Below are positions 58,754 through 64,000 of a stretch of DNA of 64,000 nt, in pieces (position 1 is the first letter of the stretch; every line of letters starts with the position of its first letter). The stretch spans positions 9,610,001-9,674,000 of the forward strand of contig JBHGNT010000010.1 in NCBI GenBank assembly GCA_043228905.1, given 5' to 3'. Under the pieces are notes generated by a model. It did not search any database, had not been told where the DNA came from, and saw nothing but the letters and a program-made list of their open reading frames with translations. The DNA comes from Azolla caroliniana. Its lineage: Eukaryota; Plantae; Polypodiophyta. The translations under genes were made by a program, and so were the position numbers.

Positions 58754-60633
58754 ACTGCTGCTCTTTTGCTCTTCTCTTTCATCAACACTTCCTCCTTCTC
58801 TAATCCTTGCTTCTCATCCTCCTTTCTTCTCTTTTTCTCTTACACAAGCCCTTGATGATTGATTTTTTGAAGGGTTTTTAAGTTTTTTAACCATAGAAGC
58901 GTGCTTCTACTTCAAATGTAGACTTCTCACTTTGTCCGTCGACTACATAATGCCATTGACTACACCCCGTGAATGCAAGAATTCGAACATTCTATTCTCC
59001 CGAATTCATCACCCTTCGATGCTTTCACTTTGTACCCCGCACTAAATGCCTTTACTAACCGCTCATGAGAAGCTATATTGGACCACAAAATGAACCACGA
59101 TAACACCATGTGCATGAACATATAAGCCATTGATGTTATTATATTGCTGAGCTTTTTTGCTATCAATTAGTTCTCGCAAGCTTTGACTCAAGAAAGCTAT
59201 GAGGATTATAATTAGTTAATTGAATAAGTTTTACTTAGGGCTTGCATACATACATACAATCACACTCAATCGAGCAAATCTATTCCCTAGAACTCTTGGT
59301 GAAACCTCACTGAAATACAGGCATGACCTTGCTCAATCGCATTTTTTTCCCTCTACCTCTAAAATAAACTATGGTTTATGTATATACACATAATACGCGT
59401 ACGCATACATATATACACTTCGACACATGTATTGCACTAAAATGCACCTGACATTCCTATGTTAAGATTACCTGTTTACACCACAAATGATAAGACATGA
59501 GTTATGAGGATAAAGACAAAACATGAGTTACAAAAGACAATAAGGAAAAAGACAAAACAACAGTTACAAAGAAGTAACGACTAGTTGTTACTTCTTTGTA
59601 GATATATATGGATGAAAGTATTGTTTAGAAGTGCGTGTGGTACTACATCTAGAGTTTTCTGTAGGTTCTTACATTGCAATACACCTGTTTTAATATAAGA
59701 TCTTACCTTGTTCTTCATTCTTCGAAAACTCTCTCTCGTTCTCTGTTGTCAATCCAGCCCATTATCTTCTGAACTTTTCTTAGATCCTATACATATGAAT
59801 ACACATGCACACCTAAACAAACTCACACGAGCACTCACGACCTATTCCACATATAATACAAAAACTTATTCACATATTTACACCGTTTTATTTATAGGTA
59901 TATATCAGTCATTAGTGTAAGCAATTTACATTGTTTCGATTCTCAAATGATCCATGGAGGGAATAACCATCTTGGTGGCCAAAAGTGCCAAAAAGAATTC
60001 TCATCCTTTGAGGACGTAAGCTTTCCATAGAGTAAGAAACTAATGGTATTGAGCAGCTTTATCATTAGGATCTCCAATAAGACAATCCCATTGTCCTTTT
60101 AAAGTATGGACAATGTCTAGCCAAATAATACGTACCATTCCAACTGGCTGGGTCCAGCTTAATATAGAGTGGTACTACTCAATAACTCCCATAATGGTTG
60201 CACCACCTTACTTCTTCCTAAAAAGTGCATGGACAATAATGGAAGTACACGAACTATTCTTGAATTAGTGTTAAAACCATGGTCCATAGATTCAACGGTA
60301 CAGTGAAAAATAGAATGGACAAGCATGTCCAAACCACCGTGTTTCATGTGAATACCAATGGGGAAAAGTAGCTGGCAAATATTGTTAGGAGGAGTTTTCA
60401 TTCCAATTAATTGAGACTCAAGGCAATCCCATAGACCATGTTTTTGAGTTTCAGCTTGCAAATGATGACTTTTATACACTTACACACAAGCCTACAAGTA
60501 AATAAAAACTTAAAACATATATTTATGCACATCGTATTATACAAAAGCTTATACAACTAAACATACATATATTTACATATAAACAATATAATTCACATTC
60601 ATGAATAATTTGAGAAGCTCGTGTACATTCCAA

Positions 60634-61560
60634 TTAGCATAGAATAGATGTTTTATTGTCCATAATGAGGCTATTACTTTGGAGTAAAATCTCTCTACGT
60701 GAAAATAATTCCCACACATATGTGCTCAACCTGCTTGGTGGACATTTGAGTATGACATTTACATTATCATGCCCGTCTAACAAGTCATCATATTTCTTGC
60801 AAATTACCTTACACGTTGAGCATGTTATCAATAAGTGATATTCATCATCCACTAGGTTTCCACTACATACCTACAATATATTCATATTTGGGTGACAATG
60901 CCATGATGCTACCTCAACACCTAACTTGTGTGAGTGAGTTTTAAAAAGTGTTATAGCTCACATTATGGCATGTTTATTTTATATTGGGCCCAACAATGGG
61001 GGTTAATATTTGTAATGTAATATTCCACTTTTGACATTGTAGCATCTTGCTACCTCATCTTTACTGCCTCTAGTAATCGGTCCTTTTAGTCCAACACTTG
61101 ATAGTCACATACTTCGTACCATCACTTGAGACCTCCAATTGAGCTATCGTAAGTGGTGCTTAAGATCCTTAAATGTTATCCTTTTAATCAATCTTTGATC
61201 GAACCTTAAATATTCTAAACTTGAATTTCAAAGTGTTTGTCACTTTGTACATGCCACCAAACTAACACACCCTCCAATGTGCAGCAAATTTGGCACGGGC
61301 AAAGGAATTAGCGTGATGAAGATTCATAATTTGTATCAATCATCAGTTACCATTTACTCGTATGCATCCCGATTGTATGGAAACCCTTATGTTAAGGATC
61401 ACTTATCTTTTCCCCTTGAACTCCAATATTTTACCATTCTCTCCACAAGATCCGCAATGACCAACTTGTCCACTATATTTGCTTTTTCAATCTTTGTTGA
61501 CCAAGAAGGCTTGTTGCATACTTGCTCACCTTTTCCCCTAAGCATACTGCTTCATAAAAC
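60634..61560 (-). mobile_element. Degraded non-LTR retrotransposon 3' end (RTE-X/L2-like C-terminal zinc finger)
   Basis: FKTHSHKLGVEVASWH...C...VDDEYHLLITC..CKVIC resembles the H.L.IE.GRW...EDE.H.L..C motif. Confidence 0.55.
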
Positions 61561-61574
61561 ATGTATGTGCCACC

Positions 61575-64000
61575 TGTTGGGAAATTGGTCCCTTTGGATG
61601 GGATCTGGCTATAGATGAAGAGTACCCGGTGAGAATCGGAAGAGACGACATATTTGTAAATATGTTTTGAGTAAGCCTGTTGAGGCTATATTTGTAAATA
61701 GCCCTAAGTTCATATAAGTATAAATATGAGTTAGGGCAATCACATGATGTGGTTGTCGTCATATTGTTGTATGTGTATAACTGTTGTATAGAGCGAGTGA
61801 CTGAGAGAGAGAGTGAGTGAGATACAAAACGGTTTCTGTTGTAACCGCCGCTTGGCGAAGAAACAAAGCTTGAGGTCGTTGCCTCTGAGTCTCTAATTGT
61901 ACCTTTCTCATATAGTGTTAGTTCGGAGTCTGTGGGCTCTCGTGGTTTTTCCCTATTAGGGTTTTCCACGTATAAATCCTGTGTACTCTCTATCGACTCG
62001 TGTGTGTACGTGCGTTCACCCTCTATTCCCATTTCTATGTTTGATCCTTAAACGAAGTGATTCAATACTCGGTTGTGGCCGAGCACTATTCGGCGCTATT
62101 CTCTTCAATCTGGTATTGGAGCAAGCAACATAGGAAATGGAAGAATCATCCGGCGGCATTTTCAAGCTCACCGGCTCCAACTATTCAGTGTGGAAGTCGA
62201 AGATGAGGGATATGTTGGTGGTTAAAGATATTTGGTTGCCGGTTCTGTTCGGGGACAAGAGACTGGATAAGATCGACGCCACAGTGTGGGAGGTGATGCA
62301 CATGAAAATGATGGCATACATCCGGTGCTTCATCGATATGACCCTGTACAACAATTTCAATGAAGAGGGTAAGGCTCATGAACTCTGGGAGAAGATCGAC
62401 ATCATGTTCCAGAACAATAATGTTGTTAATCGGGTTTCGGTATTCTGGAAGCTAGTGAGGCTCCGGTACCAAGAGGACTCAAGTATGGAGGAGCACATGA
62501 ATTCCTTCCAGGACTGATCCACCAGCCAACCTCGTTGGAAGTACCTCTTGTTGATGAGGTACTTGCATTACTCCTGCTCGGTTCCCTCTCGGATAGTTGG
62601 GAGATGCTAGTTGTCACATTGGGCAACGCTGGGCCGGAAGGAAAGCAGTTGTCCCTAGCAAGGGTAAAATCCAGCTTGTTAGATGAAGAAGCTCGCCCGA
62701 AGGACCGGGAGTCTGGATATGTCGGGAAGAAGTGAAGGTAGCATCCGACACTGCCGGTGAGCTTTGGCGCAAAAGACTGTTACATGAGTGAGAAGGGGAT
62801 GAAGAGGCTTGCCGAAGACAACCTCATTCCGGTGAAGGATGTGGAACTTGAGAAGTGCACCGATTGCTTGCCCTGCAAGCAAAACCGAACCTCCTTTTGG
62901 TCAAGATCGCCGATGAGACGGAATGCACCATTGGAGCTGGTGCATACTGATGTGTGTCAAGTGGACATGAAGTCACATGTTGGATCGCAGTACTTCATGC
63001 AATTCATAGATGACCACAACTGGAAGCTATGGGTCTCACTATTAAAGACGAAGCATTAAGTGTTATCCATCTTCAAGGAGCTCCACGCGAGACTGGAAAG
63101 ACAAGAAGGTGTTCTGGAGTCGGGACATATTCTTCATGGAAGACAGGACCATTGCCAACTGGGAGTGGGAGAAGAAGGTGATGAACTCCGGATCATCCAA
63201 CGAAAAACAGTTTGAGGACACAAGGCCCTACCTGATTAAAAACCGGATGTTAGCCGGTAACCGGATGACACTAGACGAACCAACCAGATACAGACAAGAA
63301 ACCGAATCGACCGAAGAAGAAGAAGAAGAAGACACCGAAACTGGAGAAGATCTCGAATCGGATTCGGATTTGGAACAAACGGAGGAACCGGTAGTCAGAA
63401 ACCAAGGATAGAGATATCCTCTCCGAGAGAGAAGAGCCCGCTGGAGACTTCCGGATACAGAGCATGTGTTGCTAGCTGATGAGGGGGAGCCGGAAAGCTT
63501 CGAGGAAGCAAAGAGAGACACCCACAACCGCAAGTGGTTGACTGCCATGCAGGACAAGATGGATTCCCTGCATGAGAAACACACATATGAATTGACAGAG
63601 TTGCCGAAAGGAAAGAGGGCACTCCGGAACAAGTGGATGTACAAGATGAAACCGGGAGATGCCGGAAACTAGCCGAGATACAAAGCCTGAATTGTAGTGA
63701 AGGGTTTCCTACAGAAGAAGGGACTGGACTTCGATGAGATCTTTGCCCCGGTAGTAAAGATGACATCCATCTAGACGGTACTGAGCATAGTGGCAAGCAT
63801 GGACCTCGACGTAGAGCAACTAGACGTCAAGACGACATTCCTACATGGTGACCTCGAAGAGGAGATCTACATGCATCAACCGGAAGGATTTGAGAAGAAA
63901 GGGAAGGAGCACCTGGTGTGCCGGCTGAAGAAGAGCTTATACGGATTGAAGCAAGCTCCTCAGCAATGGCACCGGAAGTTCGACTCCTTCATGACCGACC
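61575..64000 (+). mobile_element. Ty1/copia element C4 (C2 family), internally deleted, runs off window
   Basis: LTR 61575-62107, degenerate PBS TGGTATTGGAGC at 62111, gag from 62137 closely similar to C2; deletions near 62715 (knuckle and protease lost) and 63100 (integrase core lost); RT start to window end. Confidence 0.95.

Noticed and set aside
59940-60480. 106-aa minus-strand ORF as a gene
   Set aside because: No recognisable motif; possibly a decayed retroelement fragment, not supportable.

Overview
Eukaryotic, TE-dense DNA, most likely from a non-seed land plant such as a fern, lycophyte or bryophyte. This is inferred from the TE lineages, GT-AG introns and many C>T stop codons. Most of the window is nested LTR retrotransposons: four Ty3/gypsy, four Ty1/copia and several solo LTRs, plus two LINE 3' remnants. 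Two large DNA transposons each carry a second, non-transposase gene. (i) A 9.76-kb Sola2-type element (20688-30446) has 25-bp TIRs, a GTAT target duplication, a decayed transposase and a convergent RING + NIF/FCP1-like cargo gene; one intron in each of its genes is made of a palindromic TAGCTAATTAGCTA satellite. (ii) An ~8-kb MULE (49681-57678) has an intact 974-aa transposase and an intact spliced C2H2 + Ulp1-like gene. A near-intact non-chromovirus gypsy (<1-8830) has an extra >=870-aa ORF after pol that the ORF track missed, and a decayed homolog lies in a second gypsy family. Three different LTRs contain a tRNA-like A/B-box cassette in U3. There are two probable host genes: an IDA/PIP-like peptide precursor (37659-38159, -) and a Pro/Ser-rich type I membrane protein (57767-58357, +). 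All family assignments come from motif recognition by eye; no searches were run.
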